A stretch of DNA of 63,857 bases, filler included, from Octopus bimaculoides (GCF_001194135.2; 5 parts of 5 records of this genome joined end to end with filler, not necessarily neighbours in it), one strand, 5' to 3'; counted from the whole stretch's first letter, positions 1-15,317 are shown. Notes: generated from the letters alone by a model not told the origin. Translations and numbers: made by a program.

Positions 1-59
<59 letters not shown>
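1..59. repeat. (AG)n microsatellite (one of dozens of AG, CA, TA, TATG and CAGA tracts)
   Basis: Read directly from the sequence. Confidence 0.97.
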
Positions 60-62
<3 letters not shown>

Positions 63-1255
63 TCATAACGTATGTTGCCAAGATGCAAATCATAGTAAAC
101 ATGATGTACATAGCATCTTTTTTATAAGAGATAGATTGCTCTTCATTAAAAAAATGGCGTTATAACAATGGTGTGTAAAATTTTTATAAAACCACGCATC
201 TGACACCTACCCACACACTCACACATGTGCGTGCAAAAAGAAATATTGTAGCGAATTGTCAGTGTAATATACAAAAAATACAATGGATTGAGCTGCTTCT
301 AGTGTGAAATCCATTATCTGTCGTACAGAACGAATACGGAGGAATTTTGTACTTTGATCAGAGAAAGAGAAAATGCATTGAGTTTGTTCCTTTATATAAG
401 CTTACTTAATATGGTGTAGAACCGTCTCTCATGTAAATTCTTGCATATGTCATAGTCTCCACAGTTCCGGCTGGCAAATTGTTGTGTTGCAAAAAGAACT
501 GTGCCTCCACCAATTCTATCTCACTCACCACATTCGCATGCATATCTTTGCATGTTTTTAACACGCATTCTTCCATTTCGGACAAATGACTCCGACGTTT
601 ATTTGTTTTCTATTCTCGGAACCGTTGTATTCTAATCAAAGCTTTTAATAATAGAATAAACAAACAACTACTCGTCTCATTCGTTTGAATTTCGGAACGA
701 CCCAGTTTCGTCAATTGTAGAGAAAAATAAGTGGCTAGCACTCGGTCATTACTTTATTAAACAGATTTAAATATGGGATTAAATCGTTGACAAAATCCAA
801 ATATTGAATCGTAGTGAAACAATATTAGCCAATTGCCTGTCCGAAGCATTTTCAGAAGCTTGTCCTAAACTTCCATGCTTATTTTCAAACTTTTAGTTAG
901 TCCTTGTTTTTTACGTTCCGAGTAATGAAACGCCTTCCTTTCATATGTTCCAAGTTAACGAAAGAAATCGATTCGAAAGAAATCGGGAATGTGTATCACA
1001 TATGATGTATTGATGCCAGAGAAAATATGTTCTATGTTTCACATATGATAATCAGGACGGGCAAAAGGTTAAGGAGCTATATAAATTTATGCAAGAAAAT
1101 ATATATGAAAATTAATAAAACCTGGAAACAGTATTGGCGCCGTTGTGTAATTGAGATACGGTGAAACAAATATCCAAGAAGTGATACCTACCTTGTATTT
1201 ATAAACCACAGCATAAATGCTACTTCGCTTTTGTATCATTTACATTAATTACGAA

Positions 1256-1292
<37 letters not shown>

Positions 1293-2267
1293 NNNNNNNN
1301 NNNNNNNNNNNNNNNNNNNNNNNNNNNNNNNNNNNNNNNNNNNNNNNNNNNNNNNNNNNNNNNNNNNNNNNNNNNNNNNNNNNNNNNNNNNNNNNNNNNN
1401 NNNNNNNNNNNNNNNNNNNNNNNNNNNNNNNNNNNNNNNNNNNNNNNNNNNNNNNNNNNNNNNNNNNNNNNNNNNNNNNNNNNNNNNNNNNNNNNNNNNN
1501 NNNNNNNNNNNNNNNNNNNNNNNNNNNNNNNNNNNNNNNNNNNNNNNNNNNNNNNNNNNNNNNNNNNNNNNNNNNNNNNNNNNNNNNNNNNNNNNNNNNN
1601 NNNNNNNNNNNNNNNNNNNNNNNNNNNNNNNNNNNNNNNNNNNNNNNNNNNNNNNNNNNNNNNNNNNNNNNNNNNNNNNNNNNNNNNNNNNNNNNNNNNN
1701 NNNNNNNNNNNNNNNNNNNNNNNNNNNNNNNNNNNNNNNNNNNNNNNNNNNNNNNNNNNNNNNNNNNNNNNNNNNNNNNNNNNNNNNNNNNNNNNNNNNN
1801 NNNNNNNNNNNNNNNNNNNNNNNNNNNNNNNNNNNNNNNNNNNNNNNNNNNNNNNNNNNNNNNNNNNNNNNNNNNNNNNNNNNNNNNNNNNNNNNNNNNN
1901 NNNNNNNNNNNNNNNNNNNNNNNNNNNNNNNNNNNNNNNNNNNNNNNNNNNNNNNNNNNNNNNNNNNNNNNNNNNNNNNNNNNNNNNNNNNNNNNNNNNN
2001 NNNNNNNNNNNNNNNNNNNNNNNNNNNNNNNNNNNNNNNNNNNNNNNNNNNNNNNNNNNNNNNNNNNNNNNNNNNNNNNNNNNNNNNNNNNNNNNNNNNN
2101 NNNNNNNNNNNNNNNNNNNNNNNNNNNNNNNNNNNNNNNNNNNNNNNNNNNNNNNNNNNNNNNNNNNNNNNNNNNNNNNNNNNNNNNNNNNNNNNNNNNN
2201 NNNNNNNNNNNNNNNNNNNNNNNNNNNNNNNNNNNNNNNNNNNNNNNNNNNNNNNNNNNNNNNNNNN

Positions 2268-2307
<40 letters not shown>

Positions 2308-3028
2308 TGATCGCTTCCAGGTAAATACGCTTCAGTTTAGGCGGTTAAAGTGATGTTAATTCTTGTGCCGTGTCAATGGTGGATTTCTTTCCTAACATCC
2401 TTTATTATACTCAGGGCACCGTTCAGTAAAATTGAACTCGAAACCACACAGCTACAAATGTTCAACCGAATTCCTAGAAATAGAAGTCCAGTCTTTCTTT
2501 CGAAAGTAAGGACATTCGAGAGATATAGTTTGGGAGATTCAATATCGGGAAAGAAAATCCGACAGTCACAACTAAAACGCATTTGCTAATACGTTTTTCT
2601 GGATTAGGATCAACAGTGGGTAATCGTGGCTATTCAACAACAACTAGTACAACAACAATAACAGCAGCAACAACATCAGTAGCCGCAATATATAACTTCA
2701 ACGTTTATCTACGATGGGAAGTGGGTTCATGAAAACGACCAAAGTCGGAAAAACTGAATACAACCAAAATAGGTTGAAAGAAAATGCTTGTATATTAATA
2801 CTTATCGTCGTCGAAGAAATTTTGAATAAATAACACGAGCGCAGATAATTATGGTTAATCCATGAGACGGAAATGTTTAATGTTTACAACCATGTAAATA
2901 CAAGTTTTAATCATAGAAGTAACTTAGAATTCGAAACCGCCACACGGAAGTAAATTGCTGTAACACTTCAAGTCTGCAAAAACGTTTAAAATGTTAAATG
3001 AGGAAAATAATTTACACCCTAACCAAGA

Positions 3029-3065
<37 letters not shown>

Positions 3066-3639
3066 ACACGCAAACAAAACAGAAAAATTAGAAGCAATTC
3101 AGATTTATTAACAGCAAAATCTTAAACTTTATCTCTCACCATATATATATGTACACACGTGCTAGTAAAAGAGTGTGCGTCTTTGAAATAACCTACAGGT
3201 AGGCAAATGCGTATTATATGTATATATATGTATCATGTGTGTATATATATGTACACACACACATGCGTATATATATATATATATATATATAAGCATGTAT
3301 GTATGTATATGTATTTTAATATGTATAGTTCAGACTTAACCAATTAAAAAATAACTGAACCACCGTCTTCCCGATATCTGATTTAAGATAAAATGACATT
3401 CTTACATACCTTAAGGAAATTGTTTGCTGTTTGCTTCGTTTTTATTATTGTTTCTGTTTTTGGTGTTGTTAGGGTGGAGGTGTAAAAGGCGGAAGGTTTT
3501 AGCTGAGCGAGACTTAGTAGTCAGACATATTTTCTATGTTTTCTTTTTGTTTTTTGGTTCCTGAAGAATGAAACGGTTATTTTGGGCTGAGACCACATAT
3601 TGCGAAGAAAAGAATGACATAACAATAACAACAACAAGA

Positions 3640-4039
3640 ATAATAATAATCTTCTGTTGTAGGCACAAGGCCCGAAATTTTGGGGTAGGAAGATAGTCGA
3701 TTAGATCGAGCCCAGTACGCAACTGGTAGTTAATTTATCGGCCCCGAAAGGATGAAATGCAAAGTCGACCTCGGCGGAATTTAAACTCCGAACGTTCATA
3801 CGAACGAAATATCGCTAACCATTTCGCCCAGCGCGCTAACGATTCTTTTCTACTGTAGGCACAAGGTTCGAAATTTCGNNNNNNNNNNNNNNNNNNNNNN
3901 NNNNNNNNNNNNNNNNNNNNNNNNNAAAGGATGAAAAACAAAGTCGACTCCAGCGGAATTTGAACTCAGAACGTTCACACGAATGAAATACCGGTAAGTA
4001 TTTCGCCAAGCGCACTAACCATTCTGCCAGCTCTCCGTT
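3640..4039 (-). mobile_element. two head-to-tail SINE family A copies
   Basis: Family A reverse-complement sequence at 3640-3846 and again at 3847-4039, the second spanning a small gap. Confidence 0.75.
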
Positions 4040-4194
4040 TCAATAATAATAATAATGATAATAACAACAACAAAAATTATAATAATGTCTATCTATCTAT
4101 CTATCTACTTTTCTATCTATCTATCGATATTTCTATCTACCTATCGATAGTTCTGTCTACCTATCGATATTTCTATCTACCAATCAATCAATCA

Positions 4195-4243
<49 letters not shown>

Positions 4244-5845
4244 TCCTTCTCTCCCTCTCTCATTCTCTGTCAGTATTTTTAGTTGAATGAAACAACATCA
4301 ATATTAATTTTGTTAAACGTGGCACTTTTTCATTCCATATCTTTTGTCGAACCGCTATGTTATGTGGACGTAAACAAACTAAACCCGTTTGTGAAGTTGT
4401 GGTGGTGGAGGTGGTGGGGAAAATACAAACACAAAGACACACACATACACATACACACACATATACATATGTGCGTGTGTGTGTGTGTGTGCGTGCGTGC
4501 GTGTCTGTAAAAACAAGGGCTTCCACGCAGTTTTCGCCTACTACATTCACTCACGACGTATTCATAAGTCGCACAGGGGTTATACCAAGAGGCGTTTGCC
4601 GCAGGTGCAGTACAGTGGGATTGAACCCGAAACCATGTAACTAGAAAACAAACTAGTTTCTTAACCACACACACACATGCCCGTGCCTATTCGAGAAATG
4701 TCTGAAAAGGGCGTTCGCTAGACTTTACAATATGGCAGTAATATAGACATGTTGTTGTTGGTGGTGGTGGTGGTTGTGGTGTTGGTAATGGTGGTGGCGA
4801 GGGTGCTGGTGCTGATGATGAAGATGATGACGTCGAAGCTAATAACACTCTACAGTACTGTACAGTTAGTTTTTATGATTTATATTGGATGCAAACGTTT
4901 GCCAGTTTTCGGTTTTCCAATGCTTTATTAATTTTTTTTCTATTTTTTGTTATTTCCTTGTTTAGTTTGTTTGATGTTGAGTTTTATTTCAGTTGTGTGT
5001 GGTTTTGATGTATTGTGTTTGTGGCTGTCTCTACTTTTTATGAGGTCGGCTATTTCTGATATGTAACTGTCGGGTGGAGGCTGTAGTTTTATGTTGCTTT
5101 GTGGGGGAATATTCTTGCTTTCCATTTTTTTTTTCATTTTGATATGTCTGTAATTATTTCGTTTTATCTATGTAGCGCCGTGTCTATCATTCTGTTTCTT
5201 GATGCGATTCGTTCCGTTGTTGCTTCTTGAACGTTGTAAAAGTATTTCGAATTTGCTTCCTCATTGANNNNNNNNNNNNNNNNNNNNNNNNNNNNNNNNN
5301 NNNNNNNNNNNNNNNNNNNNNNNNNNNNNNNNNNNNNNNNNNNNNNNNNNNNNNNNNNNNNNNNNNNNNNNNNNNNNNNNNNNNNNNNNNNNNNNNNNNN
5401 NNNNNNNNNNNNNNNNNNNNNNNNNNNNNNNNNNNNNNNNNNNNNNNNNNNNNNNNNNNNNNNNNNNNNNNNNNNNNNNNNNNNNNNNNNNNNNNNNNNN
5501 NNNNNNNNNNNNNNNNNNNNNNNNNNNNNNNNNNNNNNNNNNNNNNNNNNNNNNNNNNNNNNNNNNNNNNNNNNNNNNNNNNNNNNNNNNNNNNNNNNNN
5601 NNNNNNNNNNNNNNNNNNNNNNNNNNNNNNNNNNNNNNNNNNNNNNNNNNNNNNNNNNNNNNNNNNNNNNNNNNNNNNNNNNNNNNNNNNNNNNNNNNNN
5701 NNNNNNNNNNNNNNNNNNNNNNNNNNNNNNNNNNNNNNNNNNNNNNNNNNNNNNNNNNNNNNNNNNNNNNNNNNNNNNNNNNNNNNNNNNNNNNNNNNNN
5801 NNNNNNNNNNNNNNNNNNNNNNNNNNNNNNNNNNNNNNNNNNNNN

Positions 5846-5880
<35 letters not shown>

Positions 5881-6704
5881 TATATATGCCCTATATTGAC
5901 TGTATATATACATGTAGTTAATTCAAATGAAAGATCAATTACAAAAAAAAAAATTATTATGACGGACAGCAAAAGGACATGCCCAAGGAATGCACGAGCT
6001 TGAAGCCCGGTGAAAAGAAAGAGTTTGACGGTGGGAGCATAGTGCAAGAGTGGCTGTGTGGTAAGTAGCTTGCTTACAAATCACATGGTACCGGGTTCAG
6101 CCCCAATGCATGGCACCGTGGGCAAGTGTCTTCTACTATAGCCTCCGGCTGACCAAGGTCTTGTGAGTGGATTTGGTAGACGGAAACAGAAAGAAGTCCG
6201 TCGTATANNNNNNNNNNGGTGGAGGCTGTAGTTTTATGTTGCTTTGTGGGGGAATATTCTTGCTTTCCATTTTTTTTTTCATTTTGATATGTCTGTAATT
6301 ATTTCGTTTTATCTATGTAGCGCCGTGTCTATCATTCTGTTTCTTGATGCGATTCGTTCCGTTGTTGCTTCTTGAACGTTGTAAAAGTATTTCGAATTTG
6401 CTTCCTCATTGATGTAGGAATGTCTTGTGATGGTCATTGCTAGGGCAGCACAAGAGATTTGGAAAAGGTATCTAATGAAAAAAAAGGTAATATCAAATAA
6501 ATAGTGAAATGAGGTGAGGCTGATTGTTTAGAATGTACAGGAAATGTAGCTGCGATGATAGTACGTGCTACGAAAAGTCTCTGCATAAACTCATTACTCT
6601 TTTACATGTGTCACGATTTCGTCATTTCTTCGACTAAAGGCGGTGCTCCAGCATGGCCACAGTCAACTGACTGAAACAAGTAGAAGAGTAAAAGAGTAAA
6701 TATA

Positions 6705-6737
<33 letters not shown>

Positions 6738-8367
6738 NNNNNNNNNNNNNNNNNNNNNNNNNNNNNNNNNNNNNNNNNNNNNNNNNNNNNNNNNNNNNNN
6801 NNNNNNNNNNNNNNNNNNNNNNNNNNNNNNNNNNNNNNNNNNNNNNNNNNNNNNNNNNNNNNNNNNNNNNNNNNNNNNNNNNNNNNNNNNNNNNNNNNNN
6901 NNNNNNNNNNNNNNNNNNNNNNNNNNNNNNNNNNNNNNNNNNNNNNNNNNNNNNNNNNNNNNNNNNNNNNNNNNNNNNNNNNNNNNNNNNNNNNNNNNNN
7001 NNNNNNNNNNNNNNNNNNNNNNNNNNNNNNNNNNNNNNNNNNNNNNNNNNNNNNNNNNNNNNNNNNNNNNNNNNNNNNNNNNNNNNNNNNNNNNNNNNNN
7101 NNNNNNNNNNNNNNNNNNNNNNNNNNNNNNNNNNNNNNNNNNNNNNNNNNNNNNNNNNNNNNNNNNNNNNNNNNNNNNNNNNNNNNNNNNNNNNNNNNNN
7201 NNNNNNNNNNNNNNNNNNNNNNNNNNNNNNNNNNNNNNNNNNNNNNNNNNNNNNNNNNNNNNNNNNNNNNNNNNNNNNNNNNNNNNNNNNNNNNNNNNNN
7301 NNNNNNNNNNNNNNNNNNNNNNNNNNNNNNNNNNNNNNNNNNNNNNNNNNNNNNNNNNNNNNNNNNNNNNNNNNNNNNNNNNNNNNNNNNNNNNNNNNNN
7401 NNNNNNNNNNNNNNNNNNNNNNNNNNNNNNNNNNNNNNNNNNNNNNNNNNNNNNNNNNNNNNNNNNNNNNNNNNNNNNNNNNNNNNNNNNNNNNNNNNNN
7501 NNNNNNNNNNNNNNNNNNNNNNNNNNNNNNNNNNNNNNNNNNNNNNNNNNNNNNNNNNNNNNNNNNNNNNNNNNNNNNNNNNNNNNNNNNNNNNNNNNNN
7601 NNNNNNNNNNNNNNNNNNNNNNNNNNNNNNNNNNNNNNNNNNNNNNNNNNNNNNNNNNNNNNNNNNNNNNNNNNNNNNNNNNNNNNNNNNNNNNNNNNNN
7701 NNNNNNNNNCCTGAGCGTCCAATAATACTATCCATATCACGTCCTCACTTTGTTGTTTTTTTGTTATTGTGTTTTTGAACTATATATATATATATATATA
7801 TATCTATACATATACCTCTGTGTGTTTGTCGGTTCGTCTTTAATATATCGTTTTACGTTGTGATGTTAGGAGTGCACTTATGAGCGACGAAAAACATTGT
7901 TTGTTGCACTCAAGTATTTAGTAAATAAACCAAGAATTAGCAACCAGTTCTACATATTATTAAGCTAGTTGACATACATCGTTTGTTGTAAGTTCTTCAT
8001 ACACTTAGAAATGTAGATCAAGCACAACTGTACCACAAGTTTCGGTAAGGAAACCGATATTCGATCTTTTGCTGCTAATAACATTTGGCATAAAAAGAAT
8101 TTAATTTCAAAGGTACAGTACTTTGAAAATGGGGGCATCTAAATTTTGTGGTGCTGGAATGTTTGATGAAGAGGATGGTGGTGGTGATGGTGGTTGTGGG
8201 GGCGCTCAAGAAAAAGTATTTTTTGAAAAATCAACAAAATTTATATTGTACGTAAGTTTGAAATCGAAAAATTATTGAGGATTGCGCTTCTCTCCACTCA
8301 CCTCTCGGACATAATGATTTATTAAATTAATACAAAACTTAAGAAAAAAACGCATGTGTAGGTACGT

Positions 8368-8409
<42 letters not shown>

Positions 8410-9095
8410 GCAGACACACTTATGCATATACACACATACACACACAAGCAAACATTTTTATGAATATCAATATATTATACATATATGAGCGTGTGTGTGC
8501 ATGTGTGCGCACGCGTTTTGTGTGTGTCTACATTCTCAGCAATGCACATGCATTTAGGTATCTATCTATCTATCTATATCTATATCTATATCTATATNNN
8601 NNNNNNNNNNNNNNNNNNNNNNNNNNNNNNNNNNNNNNNNNNNNNNNNNNNNNNNNNNNNNNNNNNNNNNNNNNNNNNNNNNNNNNNNNNNNNNNNNNNN
8701 NNNNNNNNNNNNNNNNNNNNNNNNNNNNNNNNNNNNNNNNNNNNNNNNNNNNNNNNNNNNNNNNNNNNNNNNNNNNNNNNNNNNNNNNNNNNNNNNNNNN
8801 NNNNNNNNNNNNNNNNNNNNNNNNNNNNNNNNNNNNNNNNNNNNNNNNNNNNNNNNNNNNNNNNNNNNNNNNNNNNNNNNNNNNNNNNNNNNNNNNNNNN
8901 NNNNNNNNNNNNNNNNNNNNNNNNNNNNNNNNNNNNNNNNNNNNNNNNNNNNTGAATACACACGCACACACATGTATGAATATATATATATATATATATA
9001 TATAAATTTATATATGGACACACACCCACATGAACATAAGTACACACACACACATATATACAGATATATATATATAAATTTATATAAGGACACAC

Positions 9096-9127
<32 letters not shown>

Positions 9128-10752
9128 GCACACACACACACACACATATATATATAGACATGTGCGCGCGCGCATTCACACGTATTTACCAATTTATGGT
9201 GGAATCTCTATTATAAAGAATATGATGATAAACTGGGCGAGAATCAATGGTAAAATTAACGAAATCAATTACTAGAAACATTTTATATGAAAAGAAAAAG
9301 TAATTTGATAAATTTCATTGATGTTCTGTGAACCGTACAGAATTTCATGAAATATTCGATACACATTACCTATATTAATATGAATACGATCTAATAAGCA
9401 TAAATACAATGAATCTAGCTATCTATTTATATATGTTTGTCTCCTATCTATGAATCTACATATTTGTTTATTAGTCTGTTTGTCTATTTTTCTATATAGT
9501 TGTTTGTCTGTTTGTCAGAGCTGCCTGTTTGTCTGGCTGTCTGTTTCTCAGTCTGTCTGTTTGGCTGTCAGATCATTGATACATAGTGTATTTATTTATA
9601 TACTTTAGAAAACTATATCTTGTTCATCAGATTACAGGCTTGTGGGTGTGTATATATATATATATATATNNNNNNNNNNNNNNNNNNNNNNNNNNNNNNN
9701 NNNNNNNNNNNNNNNNNNNNNNNNNNNNNNNNNNNNNNNNNNNNNNNNNNNNNNNNNNNNNNNNNNNNNNNNNNNNNNNNNNNNNNNNNNNNNNNNNNNN
9801 NNNNNNNNNNNNNNNNNNNNNNNNNNNNNNNNNNNNNNNNNNNNNNNNNNNNNNNNNNNNNNNNNNNNNNNNNNNNNNNNNNNNNNNNNNNNNNNNNNNN
9901 NNNNNNNNNNNNNNNNNNNNNNNNNNNNNNNNNNNNNNNNNNNNNNNNNNNNNNNNNNNNNNNNNNNNNNNNNNNNNNNNNNNNNNNNNNNNNNNNNNNN
10001 NNNNNNNNNNNNNNNNNNNNNNNNNNNNNNNNNNNNNNNNNNNNNNNNNNNNNNNNNNNNNNNNNNNNNNNNNNNNNNNNNNNNNNNNNNNNNNNNNNNN
10101 NNNNNNNNNNNNNNNNNNNNNNNNNNNNNNNNNNNNNNNNNNNNNNNNNNNNNNNNNNNNNNNNNNNNNNNNNNNNNNNNNNNNNNNNNNNNNNNNNNNN
10201 NNNNNNNNNNNNNNNNNNNNNNNNNNNNNNNNNNNNNNNNNNNNNNNNNNNNNNNNNNNNNNNNNNNNNNNNNNNNNNNNNNNNNNNNNNNNNNNNNNNN
10301 NNNNNNNNNNNNNNNNNNNNNNNNNNNNNNNNNNNNNNNNNNNNNNNNNNNNNNNNNNNNNNNNNNNNNNNNNNNNNNNNNNNNNNNNNNNNNNNNNNNN
10401 NNNNNNNNNNNNNNNNNNNNNNNNNNNNNNNNNNNNNNNNNNNNNNNNNNNNNNNNNNNNNNNNNNNNNNNNNNNNNNNNNNTATATATATACATATCTA
10501 TATATACATACATATATATATACATACATGTATATATATACATACATATATATATATATACATACATATATATATATTTGTGTGGGTGGTTGTGTATACA
10601 TATATGTATACATATGTATGTGTAGTCCTGTGGTTCAATGTTTCGTGTGGGGTACCACTCATGAACGTAAGTTTGTGGTTTCGATTTTTAGACCTGGCGA
10701 TGCTTTGCGTTCCTCATATTACATTGCTTTAACTATCACTCTATCAATATAT

Positions 10753-10822
<70 letters not shown>

Positions 10823-11140
10823 GTATATNNNNNNNNNNNNNNNNNNNNNNNNNNNNNNNNNNNNNNNNNNNNNNNNNNNNNNNNNNNNNNNNNNNNNNNN
10901 NNNNNNNNNNNNNNNNNNNNNNNNNNNNNNNNNNNNNNNNNNNNNNNNNNNNNNNNNNNNNNNNNNNNNNNNNNNNNNNNNNNNNNNNNNNNNNNNNNNA
11001 ACAGAAATAGATAATATGTGAAGGAGGAAGGGAGGGAGAGGGAGAGATTCCATAGCTCCATTCATTCTGCCGTATGGTGTGCATACACAAAGTTGAAATC
11101 TTCATAATGTTATCAATAATGATGATCACGATGTTTAATC

Positions 11141-11353
11141 TATTCTACTCTAGGCACAAGGCCCGAAAGTTTTGGAGAAGGGGCCAGTCGATTAGATTGA
11201 CCCCAGTACGCAACTGGTACTTAATTTATCGGCTCCGAAAGAATGAAAGACAAAGTCGACCGCGGCGGAATTTGAACTCAGGACGTAGCGGCAGACGAAA
11301 TACCGCTGAGCAAATCAACCGGTGTGCTAACGTTTCTACCTGCTCGCCGCCTT
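11141..11353 (-). mobile_element. SINE family A copy (complete)
   Basis: Reverse complement of family A, including the CCTTGTGCCTAGAGTAGAA tail. Confidence 0.85.
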
Positions 11354-11613
11354 ACGATGTTATCATAATGTTATCATTAGGGACATCAATAATGATATCA
11401 TTATATTATCAAGAATGTTTCCAGCAATTACTATTTCATTTCAATGTACGGAAAACTTTACAGTCGCTGTCCCACACGTTGGCATCTTTTTAGTCACTTT
11501 CAAATAAACGTGTTGTATATTCCCAGGTAAAGATCGATCAAATGAACTTATGGTCCCAAACATTCCAACTCTGGCCAGTTCGTCTCTTTTGCATGCTATG
11601 TGCTATAGTGATT

Positions 11614-11895
11614 AATGAAGTCGGTTACATCGACCTCAATATTCAGCTGGTACTTGTTTTATCGACCTCTGAAAGGATGAAAGCAAAGTCGACCTCAGTC
11701 GAATTTGAACGCAGAATTGTTTTTGCAGCATTTGAAAAACAGGTTAGATATGAATTAACCTGCACACCAGATGGCGTTGCAAGTCAATGGATCACTTTTG
11801 AATTTTACGATACAATTGTCTCTTAGAACGTTTTAAAAGTTACCTGCCTTGGGACACGGGAAAAAACTTCCGATGAGAGAATACGAAACAGTCAA
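11614..11895 (+). repeat. 282-bp local duplication, copy 1 (copy 2 at 13611-13892)
   Basis: The two copies are identical except for about 2 substitutions and include non-SINE unique sequence. Confidence 0.9.
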
Positions 11896-13315
11896 GATAG
11901 CTGCATGTGATTGTGAGAGCATTATTTGCTACATCATCATTTCGTTAGCACATTGTGTTTCAACAAACCTCTCTATATCGAACCTAAATACAAGTCAACC
12001 ACGAGCACATGTTCTTATATATTCTTATCTATGCTAGTGGAGGGAGATATGAGGAAAATTCATATCCTATTTTGAGCATGTCAGTGAGGCTGTTACTGTT
12101 GTGGTAACTATGTAAGGACTAAGTGCATTCATAACACAAAGGGCTTGTCAGGATCGGTAGAGCAGCAGACAATGGTAACATGCGCGCTTATTTAATTACG
12201 TTTCTCAAAATTTTAAGTTTAGTTTTGTTCTAGATTCACTTGTTTTTCATCTCTTTCAGATGTCAGAAAAGCTACCATGATTGGATAACATAATACCGCC
12301 CCCTAACCTTCTTATAGTCTTGCACTTTTCCCCTGAAACTTTAGGACACATAATATCATTCACCTGCTTTCTATCTCGTATAAGTTGCCGAGATCACAAC
12401 CCTTTCTTTTTAACAGACACCGGACGTCAAGGGTTTAAGGGGAACAGTTTTGAGTGGAGGGGACAAATCACTTACGTGGACGACTCTCAGAGCTAGACCT
12501 GAAAGGATGAAAGGCAAAGTTGACCTCGGCGGAAATTGAACTTGAAACGTAAATAGTTGTAAGATATGTAGCTAAGCATTTTGTCTATCGCGGTAACGAT
12601 TGCCCCAGTTCGGCGCCTTTTGTACCTCTTTAGAGATCAATAATTTAGTAGACGCTTATTTGCCTTTCATCTTGCAAGAGGTCGATAAAATAAATGGCCG
12701 ATCAAGTAGGTATCATGATTGATTATATCGATACTGCACTCTGCTTAAATCAGTGGCATTGTGTTAAGGTTAGAAACCAATATTTTATGGCAGAATTCTG
12801 TTTATGGAATAAATTATTGAGAGGTTAGTCTTTAGAGGGGTGAACCTTGAAGCATACGCAAACTCACAGATACAAACACATATGTATATATTCACACACA
12901 CACACCAGCACATACATACACCAGCACATATATATTTACACACACAAACACACAGAAATACACTCATTCACACACGCATACACAAATACACACATACATA
13001 GATTTATATATACTCCTACACACACTCACTTAAAGACATATACATACTCACACGCACAATACACACACCTCTCACACACTGTCATGTACTCTTATACACA
13101 TTCAAGAACATTCACACACACACATGTTATCACACATACTAACATATTCGCCGTCAGACACAGACACACAAACTCTAACACGTACACATTTACGTCACCT
13201 CACACGCACCCACACACACATACGCACCTGTATACACACGTAGTCATATGTTCACACTCTCAAACGCACTCAAACAAGCAAATACACAACTTGATTTATA
13301 TGTATCGAAGTCTTT

Positions 13316-14110
13316 AATATTTAAACCGGTTATTTCCGGCCCAAATATTCTATTGTTTTATGTTCAAACCAGCTAGATCCAGCCTTTCACACACACCCTA
13401 CAGTGTTATTCTAAAAAGTAAACAATCACATCATTGAAATATCAAATCTATGAGATAATACATGATTAATAAATAAGCATTACATTCCACAGACTAATCT
13501 GAATGATGACGAATTATGCCTCTTCCAAACGGTATTAATGGAATGAATGATGAGACTGATAAGAATAATGGTTTCAAATTTTGGCACACCAATGATTTCG
13601 GTGGTGGCGGAATGAAGTCGGTTACATCGATCTCAATATTCAGCTGGTACTTGTTTTATCGACCTCTGAAAGGATGAAAGCAAAGTCGACCTCAGTCGAA
13701 TTTGAACGCAGAATTGTTTTTGCAGCATTTGAAAAACAGGTTAGATATGAATCAACCTGCACACCAGATGGCGTTGCAAGTCAATGGATCACTTTTGAAT
13801 TTTACGATACAATTGTCTCTTAGAACGTTTTAAAAGTTACCTGCCTTGGGACACGGGAAAAAACTTCCGATGAGAGAATACGAAACAGTCAAACGCCATA
13901 TTGACTCGTATTCTGTTAAAAGTAATTGATATTTATTTCCACATCTTTTTTCAATTAATCTTGCATTATCTTGGGGCTTTGACATTTTGATGGCGTAACT
14001 GTTAATATTTAAAATGATGTAGGATTGATGTGAGAGGCCAGATCTGGCCACTTTGAACATAAAAACAGTAGAATATTGAAGCTAGACATGGCCAGTTTAA
14101 ATAATACAGG
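13316..14110. mobile_element. inverted pair of a MITE-like repeat (13316-13504 and 13925-14110)
   Basis: The two segments are reverse-complement homologues (TTTAAAC.GG...AATATTCTA.TGTTTT.ATGTTCAAA...AGATC.GGCC). No coding capacity. Confidence 0.55.
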
Positions 14111-14832
14111 GCTAAGTTTGTACAACTTACATTCCTGGTGATCGATAAAGATATTAACAATTAAATGCTTTATTTACTTACTCTATTAATCTCTCATCAT
14201 AATATATAAATTTGCTTACTCCTTTTGATAAAAGTTAAGGCTTGATTTGAGAGATATTCAGCTGCTATTTCAAGCTGGCTGAACAACCACAAACACACAG
14301 CTCTCAGCGCACTCTCGTTAGCTCGACAATTTGTTTGGTTTATTTCATAGATAATTTTTGTCTTCTACTAGTCAGTCCATTGAAGTACCCATTATTGATA
14401 ATGTCTAGGTTTATACTTGTAAAATACCTTAAGGTAATATAATACAATGTCGGCGGGGGATAATATTAGTATGTTCTTTCCTGAGTAATGACTTAATGAC
14501 GAAGAGAGTTTTGTGTTGTTTCTTTTTGACTGTTTATCGCAGAGATCTCTTTGTGTGCACGTTTCGTTGGTTATAGGACGCTATTATGATTTTATGACTT
14601 CATGTTATGTATTTATGCGGTATAGTGTCTGGCTTGTCCTTAAGTAGAGTCTACTACGAATATAGTGGAGAAAAAATCTACTTCTACTAGTCTAATACTT
14701 AACACAATCTAAAGAGGTTCAAACATTAAGAAGCATACAACTAAAACTGATATACATAAATATCCGTATGTATAGATATAGATACAAGTACGTCTATACA
14801 TATGTATGTGTGTATGTATATACTTATATCCA

Positions 14833-14875
<43 letters not shown>

Positions 14876-15284
14876 GAATAAGTATAAAATGCTTCAAGTT
14901 CAGGACATCACCAACGAGTGGAANNNNNNNNNNNNNNNNNNNNNNNNNNNNNNNNNNNNNNNNNNNNNNNNNNNNNNNNNNNNNNNNNNNNNNNNNNNNN
15001 NNNNNNNNNNNNNNNNNNNNNNNNNNNNNNNNNNNNNNNNNNNNNNNNNNNNNNNNNNNNNNNNNNNNNNNNNNNNNNNNNNNNNNNNNNNNNNNNNNNN
15101 NNNNNNNNNNNNNNNNNNNNNNNNNNNNNNNNNNNNNNNNNNNNNNNNNNNNNNNNNNNNNNNNNNNNNNNNNNNNNNNNNNNNNNNNNNNNNNNNNNNN
15201 NNNNNNNNNNNNNNNNNNNNNNNNNNNNNNNNNNNNNNNNNNNNNNNNNNNNNNNNNNNNNNNNNNNNNNNNNNNNNNNNNNNN

Positions 15285-15317
<33 letters not shown>

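Noticed and set aside
5073-6412. Identical 195-bp direct repeat (5073-5267 and 6218-6412)
   Set aside because: Both copies abut N gaps and are identical, so this is most likely unmerged contig overlap or haplotype redundancy.
12240-12300. Strong-looking acceptor tttttcatctctttcAG followed by ATG
   Set aside because: All three frames stop within 11 codons and I saw no donor.
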